From Candidatus Thermosaccharophagus gerlachensis (lineage in GTDB: Bacteria; Armatimonadota; Fervidibacteria; Fervidibacterales; Thermosaccharophagaceae), in assembly GCA_041538025.1 (NCBI GenBank), contig JBGOEV010000005.1, positions 12,123 to 76,122 on the forward strand: DNA of 64,000 nt. Direction: 5' to 3'. Both the position numbers and the translations under genes were made by a program. How positions within the stretch are numbered: position 1 is the stretch's first letter; each line of letters opens with the position of its first letter. Below the pieces are notes generated by a model that was given only the letters and a program-made list of their open reading frames with translations, searched no databases and was not told the DNA's origin. Below, in pieces: positions 51,862 through 60,680 of the stretch.

Positions 51862-52890
51862 ATGGCAGTGCGCGTTGGTATTGCTGGGCTTGGCTTCATG
51901 GGCGTTACACACTTTAGGGCATACAAGTCGATTCGTGGTGCTAAGGTCGAAGCAGTTGCAACGAGAGACCCAAAGAAATTGCAGGGCGATTGGCGCTCAG
52001 TTGGTGGCAACCTGCCAACACCCATAGGTGGTTTTGAAGACTTAAGTGGCATAAGGCGCTATAACAATCTTGATGACCTGTTTGCAGACAAAGACTTGGA
52101 CATGATTGACATTTGTTTGCCATCTTATCTTCACGCTGAGGCTGCAATAAAGGCTTTGGAACACGGGAAGCATGTTTTGGTTGAGAAGCCGATTGCCCTT
52201 AGCGTTAAAGATGCTGACAGGATGATAGAAACCGCAAAGAAGATGAAGCGTTTTCTTATGGTTGGGCAGGTGCTGCGCTTCTTCCCCGAGTTTGCGCTCA
52301 TAAAGCAAATGCAGCAAGAAGGTAAGTATGGCAGGATAAGGGGTGCATTCTTCAAGCGGGTCATTACAAGACCAACTTGGAGTGATTGGTTCTCAGACCC
52401 AAAAAAGAGCGGTGGAGCAGTAGTTGACTTGCACATCCATGATAGTGACTTTGTTCAATATCTCTTTGGGATGCCGAAGGCAGTCTTCTCAAGGGGCTTG
52501 ATAGGTGAGAATGGCGATGTGGAATACATATTCACACATTACATTTTCGACGATGCCGACTTATGTGTGAGCGCAGAATCAGGTATGATAGCGATGCCTG
52601 GCTTAACATTTGAGCATGGTTATGCAGTTTATTTTGAGCATGCGACAGTGCGCTTTGATTCGCTTTGGGGTAGCCCACCTTTGCTCTTCACAAGTGACGG
52701 TAAAAAGAAGCAAGTAAAGGTAGCTCAAAAGGACGCTTTCGTTGAGGAGCTCTCATACGCCATTGAATGCATACGCAAAGGCGTTGAACCTGAGATCATC
52801 TCTGGGGAGGCTGCAAGGAACTCGCTCCTCATATGCCTTAAGGAGAAGGAATCGGTGCTTAAAGGAAAGCTTGTTAAGGTGAGTTCATAA
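51862..52890 (+). CDS. Gfo/Idh/MocA-family NAD(P)-dependent oxidoreductase
   Basis: Contains VRVGIAGLGFMGVTH (Rossmann), ICLPSYLH, GKHVLVEKP and a C-terminal alpha/beta domain. RBS GGAGGTGAGG. Confidence 0.85.
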   Translation: MAVRVGIAGLGFMGVTHFRAYKSIRGAKVEAVATRDPKKLQGDWRSVGGNLPTPIGGFEDLSGIRRYNNLDDLFADKDLDMIDICLPSYLHAEAAIKALEHGKHVLVEKPIALSVKDADRMIETAKKMKRFLMVGQVLRFFPEFALIKQMQQEGKYGRIRGAFFKRVITRPTWSDWFSDPKKSGGAVVDLHIHDSDFVQYLFGMPKAVFSRGLIGENGDVEYIFTHYIFDDADLCVSAESGMIAMPGLTFEHGYAVYFEHATVRFDSLWGSPPLLFTSDGKKKQVKVAQKDAFVEELSYAIECIRKGVEPEIISGEAARNSLLICLKEKESVLKGKLVKVSS

Positions 52891-52929
52891 GCCGAGGAGC
52901 TTAGCATATTGGTTTTGGGGTGGCGAGGG

Positions 52930-54273
52930 ATGGATTTGAACCGCAAGGGGTTGAAGGAAAGACTGAATGAGCTTGCCAAATATGGAGTGAAAACCAGCAT
53001 GGGCGAAAAGAGACTCCCTCAAACACAGAGTCGCAAGAGAAAAATGGCTTTCATTTCCATCAGCATCATATGTGTCTTCGTTCTACCCATGGTGCTTGGG
53101 ATATGGCATGGTTGGCACTTGGCTGAGAAGAAAAGGAAATCATTAATGCGTCATCTTGCCGGGGCGTTTTGTAGGCTTGTAATGCCACCAGAAGTGTTGT
53201 TCGCTGGTAAAGACAGGGTTAACATCCTCCTCATAGGGAAGGATCATGATTACGACCGTCATAGGCGCATATTAAACACACACGGCAGAGCAGACACTAT
53301 TATCGTAGTTAGCCTGTGTCGTTCGGAGCGCAAGGCAAGTATCCTCTCAATACCTCGTGATACAGCTGTCATCATAAACGGGCATGGCTTGCATAAGATC
53401 AATGCAGCGCATTCCTTTGGTGGTCCTGAAAAGCTTATCGAGGTCTTGAGGGATCAACTTTGCATAAGCATTGATTACTACGTGAGGACATCGTTTGAGG
53501 GCTTCAAGAAGATAATAGACGCCATCGGTGGTGTTTGGCTCTATGTTGAGAAGGACATGAACTATGACGACAATTGGGGCAACTTGCACATCCATTTGAA
53601 GAAAGGGTGGCAGTGGCTTGATGGTGATAAAGCACATCAGTATGTGCGTTTTAGGCACGATGCCGAAGGAGACATTGGACGGACAAGGAGACAGCAAAAA
53701 TTCTTGAAGGCACTCGCAGCTCGCCTCACAAGTCCAGCTATGTTGCCCAGATTGCCGACCCTCATAATGACCCTTTACAAGTATGTGGACACGAACATGA
53801 CGATAAAGGAACTCTTGAGCTTGGCAGGCTTTGCTGAGCAGGTTGACATGTCACGACTTGAAACAGAAACGCTCCCCGGAAGACCTATTGCACACTATTG
53901 GTTTCCAGATAGGGAGAAAGCTGCCGAAGTGCTTGAACGGATGCTCGGTGAAACATTCGGAAGATATTTGTGGGATTTGAAAATCAGTGCGATTGAGGAA
54001 GCCATAGGTATGCGAGCTGTTAGAAGATCGCAGAAGAAAACTTTAGTGGAGCGGAAGAGAAGACACTACCGTAAGGAGGTATCGCGTGAGCTGCCACAGG
54101 TCCCAGAGATGGTTCTACCAATTATATCAACACCACCAGAATCCCAAGAAGAGCCTTCAAAAGAGACGCAAAATGGTGGTGATTCTGAGAGCGATGTTGA
54201 AAAAATGATGCGACGCCCGGCTCTACCTCATTTGGCGCCCCCAGAAGAGGTTGAGCCGTATGCTAAAACATGA
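52930..54273 (+). CDS. LytR-CpsA-Psr (LCP) family cell-envelope polymer transferase
   Basis: Has an N-terminal TM followed by RVNILLIGKDHD...GRADTIIVVSL...SILSIPRDT...INAAHSFGG. The C-terminal tail is acidic and Pro-rich. ATG 52930 follows GGGGTGGCGAGGG. Confidence 0.8.
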   Translation: MDLNRKGLKERLNELAKYGVKTSMGEKRLPQTQSRKRKMAFISISIICVFVLPMVLGIWHGWHLAEKKRKSLMRHLAGAFCRLVMPPEVLFAGKDRVNILLIGKDHDYDRHRRILNTHGRADTIIVVSLCRSERKASILSIPRDTAVIINGHGLHKINAAHSFGGPEKLIEVLRDQLCISIDYYVRTSFEGFKKIIDAIGGVWLYVEKDMNYDDNWGNLHIHLKKGWQWLDGDKAHQYVRFRHDAEGDIGRTRRQQKFLKALAARLTSPAMLPRLPTLIMTLYKYVDTNMTIKELLSLAGFAEQVDMSRLETETLPGRPIAHYWFPDREKAAEVLERMLGETFGRYLWDLKISAIEEAIGMRAVRRSQKKTLVERKRRHYRKEVSRELPQVPEMVLPIISTPPESQEEPSKETQNGGDSESDVEKMMRRPALPHLAPPEEVEPYAKT

Positions 54274-55102
54274 TGCTGAAGTTTGTAAAGATGTTGAGAG
54301 ACGCCCTGTAATAGCACTCCTAACAGACTTTGGTTACCATGATGGCTATGTAGGAACGATGAAAGGCGTCATAGCTTCTATAGCACCGCATGCGCTCCTC
54401 ATAGACATAACTCACGGTGTTAAGCCACAGTCAATAACGGGCGCTTCGCTTATACTGTGGGGTTCATATCGCTATTTCCCGCATGGAACAATATTCTGCG
54501 TCGTTGTCGATCCAACTGTTGGGACTGAGAGGTATCCGATTGTGGTGCATACAAAGCGCTACACATTTGTTGGTCCAAACAACGGTGTAATGTCTTGGGC
54601 TTTTGATGAAGATGGTGTGAAGATAGCCATTAAAATCACTAACAGGCACTTCATGATTCAACCCGTTAGCCAAACATTTCACGGGCGTGATATTTTTGCG
54701 CCTGTAGCTGCATATATAGCTTGCGGTGTCAAACTAACCGAGTTCGGTGACGAAATACCAGAACATGAATTGGAGCGCTTGCCAAAGCTGTCAGCAAGGC
54801 GGATTGGTGATAGGCTTGTTGCTGAAGTAGTGCACATCGATTGGTTTGGAAACGCTATAACGAGTTTACACATGCTTGAGTTTAAACAGTGGCTTGCTGA
54901 TGTTGCCCCAAAGGCATGGAAGGCGAGGGTGAGAGGAGTTGAATTTGATAGGCTCTCAAATGCATACGGGGATGTGCCAGTAGGCAAGCCACTGATCATA
55001 TTCAACAGCTATGGGTTGCTTGAGATAGCAGTTAACTGTGGCAACGCTGCAAATGAACTTGGGATAAAGATGGGAGACGAGATCGTGATTGAACCGATGT
55101 GA
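54260..55102 (+). CDS. SAM hydrolase / SAM-dependent halogenase family protein (DUF62)
   Basis: Contains IALLTDFGYHDGYVGTMKGVI, VVDPTVG, VGPNNGV, FHGRDIFAPVAA, LLEIAVN. It overlaps the 3' end of the LCP gene by about 14 nt. Confidence 0.85.
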   Translation: MLKHDAEVCKDVERRPVIALLTDFGYHDGYVGTMKGVIASIAPHALLIDITHGVKPQSITGASLILWGSYRYFPHGTIFCVVVDPTVGTERYPIVVHTKRYTFVGPNNGVMSWAFDEDGVKIAIKITNRHFMIQPVSQTFHGRDIFAPVAAYIACGVKLTEFGDEIPEHELERLPKLSARRIGDRLVAEVVHIDWFGNAITSLHMLEFKQWLADVAPKAWKARVRGVEFDRLSNAYGDVPVGKPLIIFNSYGLLEIAVNCGNAANELGIKMGDEIVIEPM

Positions 55103-55126
55103 GCGCCTTCTAATTGATGGCGGGTT

Positions 55127-56464
55127 ATGCGTAGTGAGCTTTGGAGAAGGGTGTTGCAGATGAAGGCTTGTGTTATGTTTATGTGGTTATTCTTACTTTT
55201 GCTTTCCTTGCAACATGCGCCGAAGGCTGGGCAACTCCACATTGAGCGCTTCAGGTTGAAAAATGGTTTGAGATGCATAATAGCGCAGGTGAAGCGTGCT
55301 CCGATAGTTAGCGTGAGCGCTGCTGTTAAACTCGGTGCAGAGCACGAGCTTGGTGCCTTCGCCTCCGGTGTTCGTTTCATGCTTTCGCAAGCGCTTGTAA
55401 CTGGCACAAGGTTGCAACAAGAGGATGATTTGATTCAAACGCTTTCACTTGCTGGGGCTAAGTTAACTTTCTCCGTTGAACCAGATTGCCTTATATTTCA
55501 TGTCGTCAGTTTGCCACAGGGCTTTGACACAGCGCTCCAACTCCTTTCCGATGTCCTTATCCGTCCCTCCTTGGATGAGCAATGTGTTGAAGTAGCAAGG
55601 AGGAAAACACTAACTTATCAAAGGATGCTCGCAACAACACCTTTGCTATGGGCGAAGCAATCTGTGAGGGAGATGCTCTTTAGTGGTTCACCTTACGCGC
55701 GTCCAATATGCGGTTATGAGCGCACTGTGAAGCGAATAAGGAGGGAACACTTGCTTGAATTCTTTGACGCTTACTTTCGCGCAGGGAACATGAGCATATG
55801 CGTTGCAGGGGATGTTGATATTAAGCTCGTAGGAACTCATTTGGCTGCTGCGTTTCGCGCATTACCAAGTGGATTAGCACCGGCTGTTGAGCGTGTGAAG
55901 ATTTCACCGCGCAGTGAACCACAGCACAGAGCCCGCCAATTCTATGGCGAGCTTGCGCAAATCCTTGTGGCGTTTGCTGTTCCCGGGATTAATGACCCTG
56001 ATGCCCCAAAACTGCTATTGCTTTCGAGCGTCATCGGAGACGGTATGGGCAGCAGGCTCTATAAGCAATTTAGAGAAGTGCATGGGTGGGCATACTACGC
56101 AAAATCCGATTACGAACTCGGTATAGAGTTTGGCGAGTTGCTTATACACGTTGCTACGGAGAGCAGAAAGATTGAAGCTGTAAGAAAAGCGCTTGAGGAT
56201 ATACTGCTTGAGTTGCACGTGAAGGAGATATCGGTTGAAGAGTTGAAGTATGCGAAACGCATGGCTATAACAAAGCTTGAAATGAGCATGCAGGATGTGA
56301 GCCAGTTGAGCTCCATCCTTGCGCGCCTTGAGGTAAACGGTATTAATCCGCGAAGGCTTTTTGATTTGCGGGATTCAATTGAAGCATTAAGTGCATACGA
56401 TGTCCTTACAGCTGCAAATCGCTATTTGAGATGCGCTGCAGTGGCAATATTATTGCCCATGTGA
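55127..56464 (+). CDS. M16-family (pitrilysin/insulinase-like) protein lacking the HxxEH zinc motif
   Basis: Fold-typical onset RFRLKNGLRCIIAQVKRAPIVSVSAAVKLGAEHE. Where active M16B proteins have HxxEH, this one reads VRFMLSQAL. Length and the second-domain pattern fit one M16B subunit. Confidence 0.65.
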   Translation: MRSELWRRVLQMKACVMFMWLFLLLLSLQHAPKAGQLHIERFRLKNGLRCIIAQVKRAPIVSVSAAVKLGAEHELGAFASGVRFMLSQALVTGTRLQQEDDLIQTLSLAGAKLTFSVEPDCLIFHVVSLPQGFDTALQLLSDVLIRPSLDEQCVEVARRKTLTYQRMLATTPLLWAKQSVREMLFSGSPYARPICGYERTVKRIRREHLLEFFDAYFRAGNMSICVAGDVDIKLVGTHLAAAFRALPSGLAPAVERVKISPRSEPQHRARQFYGELAQILVAFAVPGINDPDAPKLLLLSSVIGDGMGSRLYKQFREVHGWAYYAKSDYELGIEFGELLIHVATESRKIEAVRKALEDILLELHVKEISVEELKYAKRMAITKLEMSMQDVSQLSSILARLEVNGINPRRLFDLRDSIEALSAYDVLTAANRYLRCAAVAILLPM

Positions 56465-56564
56465 TGCAAGTGACTATCGCACTGTGCATGTGGCATAGTT
56501 TTGGTTGGTTATCTGCAGTGTCTGTCAGAGTCAATTTCAATCTGGAGGGCGGGTGAGGTAGACA

Positions 56565-58424
56565 ATGCGCTCAGGTAAAGTGGCTTTTGCTATGCTGTTC
56601 GCTTTATCTGTTATGGCTATATTGTTTAGCCTTTGCACCGCTCAATTGGAACTGCCTTCGGAGATCAGGCTTAATGCAGGTAGCTCAGTTGAGTTGACGG
56701 TTAAAGGGTTAAGGAAGGCAGTTGTTGAAGATTCAAGAGTTGCCTCGTTGCTTTTGCTTTCTGGTGAAAGAATCTCAATTCAAGGGGTGAGTGCTGGTGA
56801 GACGATACTTCGGTTGTGGGTGGGTGAAGAGAAATATGAGGTGCCAGTGAAGGTGGAAGCAAAGCCAGTAGAGGAAGAAAGAAAGGAGGCTCAGCAGAAG
56901 GAGGAAACAAAGGAAGAAGCTTTGCGCCCCCCAATAGAGCTACCTGCATTCCCTGAGGAGACTCGGGAAGAGGGGGACAAGATAAAAGAGCCCGCAGTTG
57001 AAGATCAAAAAGAATCAGCTCTCTCAATCGCGATTGTCGCAGATACACCTACAGCGGTTGCTGGTGCACAAGTTTGGCTAAAGGTGAGATTGAAAAATGA
57101 TGGTGCAGATGTGCGTGGTCTTGTGGTTACTGTTTCACTCCCCGAGAGAGTTGAGTTGGTTAGTGATTCTCCAAAGCCAGAGTGTGATTATGATCCTGCA
57201 TTAAGGAAGCTAACATGGCGTTTGAAGGAACTTAAGGGTGGCGAGAGTTGTGAGTTTGCCTTTTCCGTTTTGCTCTCAAGAGATCTTGCTCCCAAAGAAA
57301 GGCTTGGCTTCATCGCAACTGCTGAGTATGAAGGGGCACTGGTAAAGCTCGCGAGTGAGCCAGCTACAATTGAGGTTGTCTCGGCAGCGCTCTCTGCTAT
57401 CTTTGTTTTCCCAAGTTCTTTTGTCGTCAAGCGCTCAATAGGTTTGCCATTGCTCGATGTGAAATACGAGGAGTATCAAAAGGTGGTTGATAGGCTTCAG
57501 GGGCTTGGGGTTGTGCATGGTTACCCAGAACACACATTTCGCCCAAACAGATATGTAACGAGAGCTGAAGCAACAAAGATGCTTGTGTTGACAACCAACC
57601 TTACGGAGCATATGGACAGCGTGCGCATCGGTTATGTGTTATCGGCTGAAGCAACTGTTAACATTTATGTCCTTGACTCACAAGGCAAGCGGGTAGCCCA
57701 CCTCTTGAAAGATAAACGCTGTAAGCCGATGCAGTATTACGTATCGTGGGATGGGAAGGCAGATGACGGCGCATGGGTTGAGCCGGGAGAGTATGAGATT
57801 CAAGTTGTGGCTGTTTCGGAAGGTGGAGGACAGATAACGCTTTCGGCAAATGTAAGGGCGTTGCCGTTACCACACAGGAAACTTGCTGGCATACCCACAT
57901 TCGTTGACATAAGCCCAAAGGATTGGTTTGCGGGCTATGTAGCTGAGGCACAAGCAAGAAGGCTTGTCTATGGTTATCCAGACGGATCCTTCAAGCCAAA
58001 ACATAACTTGACTCGAGCTGAGGCTGCAGCAATGATTGTTAGAGCACTCGGAATTGAAGAAAGGGTGAAAGAGGTTAAGGATACGCCGACACCGTTTGAG
58101 GACGATGAAGAAATACCGAAGTGGGCAAGGGGATATATCGTTGTTGCTACAACAGAAGCACCGAAAGCATCTGGGAAGCCCATAATCGGCTATGTAGAGA
58201 GGCGCTTCAAGCCGAGGCATTTTTTGTCAAGGGCTGAGGCTGCGACGATCATGGCGAGGTTCTTAGACAGGGATGTTGAGCGCAAGGTGGTCGTTGTAGG
58301 TGCTGTTGCTCCCGGTGTTAAGCTGAACATTAACGGGAAAGTTGTAGGGGATGAAAAAGGAACATTCGCAGAGGAGTTAGAACTCAAGCCCGGTGTCAAC
58401 ATCATAACCGTTATGGTGCAATGA
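56565..58424 (+). CDS. Mosaic cell-surface protein: pilus-N/BON-like domain, DUF11-like repeat, FlgD-Ig-like domain, three SLH domains
   Basis: RBS GGAGGGCGGGTGAGG and a signal peptide are present. The N-terminal domain is IRLNAGSSVELTVKGLRKAVVEDSRVASLLLLSGERISIQGVSAGETILRLWV. A Glu/Lys/Pro linker follows. SLH-like units: GVVHGYPEHTFRPNRYVTRAEATKML; WFAGYVAEAQARRLVYGYPDGSFKPKHNLTRAEAAAMIVRAL; WARGYI..GYVERRFKPRHFLSRAEAATIMARFL. The FlgD-Ig-like segment is VNIYVLDSQGKRVAHLL..YYVSWDGKADDGAWVEPGEYEIQV. Confidence 0.75.
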   Translation: MRSGKVAFAMLFALSVMAILFSLCTAQLELPSEIRLNAGSSVELTVKGLRKAVVEDSRVASLLLLSGERISIQGVSAGETILRLWVGEEKYEVPVKVEAKPVEEERKEAQQKEETKEEALRPPIELPAFPEETREEGDKIKEPAVEDQKESALSIAIVADTPTAVAGAQVWLKVRLKNDGADVRGLVVTVSLPERVELVSDSPKPECDYDPALRKLTWRLKELKGGESCEFAFSVLLSRDLAPKERLGFIATAEYEGALVKLASEPATIEVVSAALSAIFVFPSSFVVKRSIGLPLLDVKYEEYQKVVDRLQGLGVVHGYPEHTFRPNRYVTRAEATKMLVLTTNLTEHMDSVRIGYVLSAEATVNIYVLDSQGKRVAHLLKDKRCKPMQYYVSWDGKADDGAWVEPGEYEIQVVAVSEGGGQITLSANVRALPLPHRKLAGIPTFVDISPKDWFAGYVAEAQARRLVYGYPDGSFKPKHNLTRAEAAAMIVRALGIEERVKEVKDTPTPFEDDEEIPKWARGYIVVATTEAPKASGKPIIGYVERRFKPRHFLSRAEAATIMARFLDRDVERKVVVVGAVAPGVKLNINGKVVGDEKGTFAEELELKPGVNIITVMVQ

Positions 58425-58561
58425 AGAAACACTGCTAAACAGTTGTAGTGACGCATCCTCGCAAAGCCATCTTGCTCAAGCTCGCCTCCAAGCAACCATG
58501 ATGTGCAAGGATGGGTGAATCGCTTTTGCCTTAGTAGCTAAGCCCTAAAATGGCGACAGCT

Positions 58562-59395
58562 TCATTTCTTAAGGAGCGCCCAAAGAACGAAGAGAAGAAG
58601 CCAGAGCGCGACGGTGAGAGAAGCTGTTGCAAGCCATTCATGCCTTGTCAGTTTAAATTTTTTGATGTTTGGCAGGAGCAGCCCTATGGCTATGAATGGC
58701 AAGCCAGCTATTGGTGCGTTTGTAATGGCAACAAATGTTAGCCCAAGAGCCACTGCTATAATGGCAAGCCAAAAGGAGAAGCGAACATCAAATTTAAAGC
58801 GGTTCATTGCAGCAAGCAACATCGCTGCAAAGAAGATATCACCAAACCCAACGAGCAAAGTTGGTGATGGCATAACACTTGCGCCAGCTGCAGGCAATTC
58901 AATCGTTGCAGCCTTAAAGAGCTTGCTTGCCCTCTCAGCAATTTGGGGTGTGGTTCTACTTATGTTAACTGCCCATATGTCAATAGAAACCATCGTGATA
59001 GCTGCTGGGAGAAGTAAGTTGCCTTCGTGTATGATGAGCGATGTTAACTTACCGCTAAATGATGCTACAAAGAGTAACCCGACTTCCTGCACTGCGTCAG
59101 CAAGCTTTTGAATCAAATCGTGTTTGCTGATTTCACTTAAACCGACACCGCATCCCCAAACTAAAGCCGAAAGGATGATGGCAAGCACATCCTTTCGTGT
59201 GTTGCAAGGGGCTGCTGCCACTGCTCTTGTAAAAGCGAAAGCCAAAGCTGTAAGGGCAAGCATTGAAAGATACACCGAAAGGAAGTTCGGGGCTATCGGG
59301 AGGATAGGCAAAACAACTTTGAGTGATAAGTAGAGGCAGAGAAAGAGCCAAGCGGTTGGTTTACCGGTCGCTGTGTTGCGGTTTGTCCACATCAT
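58562..59395 (-). CDS. Polytopic membrane protein with GxGD-like motif (possible presenilin/SPP-type intramembrane aspartyl protease)
   Basis: About 7-8 TMs. The candidate catalytic pair is ..TMVSIDIWAV.. and ..LLVGFGDIFFAAMLL.. in adjacent TMs, with a downstream ..APIAGLPFI.. The start overlaps the PP2C gene 3' end by 35 nt. The functional call is tentative. Confidence 0.4.
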   Translation of the reverse strand: MMWTNRNTATGKPTAWLFLCLYLSLKVVLPILPIAPNFLSVYLSMLALTALAFAFTRAVAAAPCNTRKDVLAIILSALVWGCGVGLSEISKHDLIQKLADAVQEVGLLFVASFSGKLTSLIIHEGNLLLPAAITMVSIDIWAVNISRTTPQIAERASKLFKAATIELPAAGASVMPSPTLLVGFGDIFFAAMLLAAMNRFKFDVRFSFWLAIIAVALGLTFVAITNAPIAGLPFIAIGLLLPNIKKFKLTRHEWLATASLTVALWLLLFVLWALLKK

Positions 59396-60665
59396 CGCCT
59401 GTGAAGCTCCTGTTTGGCATGTATTTGGCTACTATGATTGTAAGATCGTCGTTCAGGATGTAACCTTGGAAGCGTCGCACATCTTCAACCACACATGATG
59501 CTATCTCGTGTGGCATAAGGTGACGGATACGGCTGAGCAAGTTTTTGATTCGTTCAACTCCGTATGTTTCTCCGTTCGCATTCCTTGCCTCGGTCAGTCC
59601 ATCTGTAAGCATAACGATTAAATCTCCTGCCTGTATGTGCATTTGCGTTTGAGCATAATCTGAATCGTTAAATACACCGAGAGGCGGACCTGAGGCATGG
59701 ATGTGCTCAATAGTGCCGTCCGAGCGCAATATGAGAATCGGCAGATGACCAGCGTTAACTGCCTCCACAAAGCTGTTGCCTTCTTTGAGGCGCACAAAGA
59801 CAGCGCCAGCAAAATCTTCATCCGAGAACTCGCTTGCAAGAATGGAATTAGCATGCCTTACAGCGTCGCGAAGCTCGTGACATAAATTCATGGTCGCCCT
59901 TATAGCGGATTTTACCAACGGCACTTTCAGCTGGGCATCCACACCTTTGCCTGAAACATCTCCAACAGCTATCACAATGCTACCATCATTGCAAGTGATG
60001 AAGTCGTGGAAGTCACCGCCACCAGTTTTTTCACCTCTTGCAGGTATGCACTCCCTCGCTATCTGCCAGCATTCAATGTTTGGTAAACTCTTCGGAGTCA
60101 TACGCCTGTGCAAGTCCGCCGAGATAAACATCTCATAGCGGTAGCGCATTGCGACTTGCTCAGCGGTCAATTTAGCTTCAGCCATGTATCCGATAAGCAA
60201 CGCCGTGATGAAAAGAAAAGAAAGTGCGCTTGCTGTTGCCCAAGGTTGCCCTGCTATGTTTGTGTTGAGTGATATCAAAAGATAAAACACAGCACAGACA
60301 GTTGCTGTTATAAAAGCACCAAGCAAACGATACCACATGCCGGATGAAATGATGATGAGCAAAAGTAATGGGTAAAAGTTAACAGCATGCTCAGCTTCAG
60401 CTATCATCCATAGCCCCATCCAAAACATGTCGGCTATGAGCGAGTATGCCCTCAATGGGATGCCTCTCCAGTGTGCCATTATAGCTATGGCGTCAAAGAG
60501 GAGGGCAAACAGCAAAGCGAGCGCATTCAAAGCCGTTACTTCACCGATCCATCCTTTCGCAATAAGTGATATGAGGAGCAACAAAGTCAGCCCTCGTGCC
60601 ACAACGACTATCCAATCACTTGGCTCAACCTTTTCATTTCTCTTGAGCCTCCTAAGCAAAGTCAT
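59361..60665 (-). CDS. Membrane-bound PP2C/SpoIIE-family Ser/Thr phosphatase
   Basis: The N-terminal half has about six TMs. The C-terminal PPM domain carries GGGDFHDFI, IAVGDVSGKGVDAQ, AVNAGHLP and MLTDGLTEA. Confidence 0.85.
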   Translation of the reverse strand: MTLLRRLKRNEKVEPSDWIVVVARGLTLLLLISLIAKGWIGEVTALNALALLFALLFDAIAIMAHWRGIPLRAYSLIADMFWMGLWMIAEAEHAVNFYPLLLLIIISSGMWYRLLGAFITATVCAVFYLLISLNTNIAGQPWATASALSFLFITALLIGYMAEAKLTAEQVAMRYRYEMFISADLHRRMTPKSLPNIECWQIARECIPARGEKTGGGDFHDFITCNDGSIVIAVGDVSGKGVDAQLKVPLVKSAIRATMNLCHELRDAVRHANSILASEFSDEDFAGAVFVRLKEGNSFVEAVNAGHLPILILRSDGTIEHIHASGPPLGVFNDSDYAQTQMHIQAGDLIVMLTDGLTEARNANGETYGVERIKNLLSRIRHLMPHEIASCVVEDVRRFQGYILNDDLTIIVAKYMPNRSFTGDDVDKPQHSDR

Positions 60666-60680
60666 CTCAAAGGCTCACTC

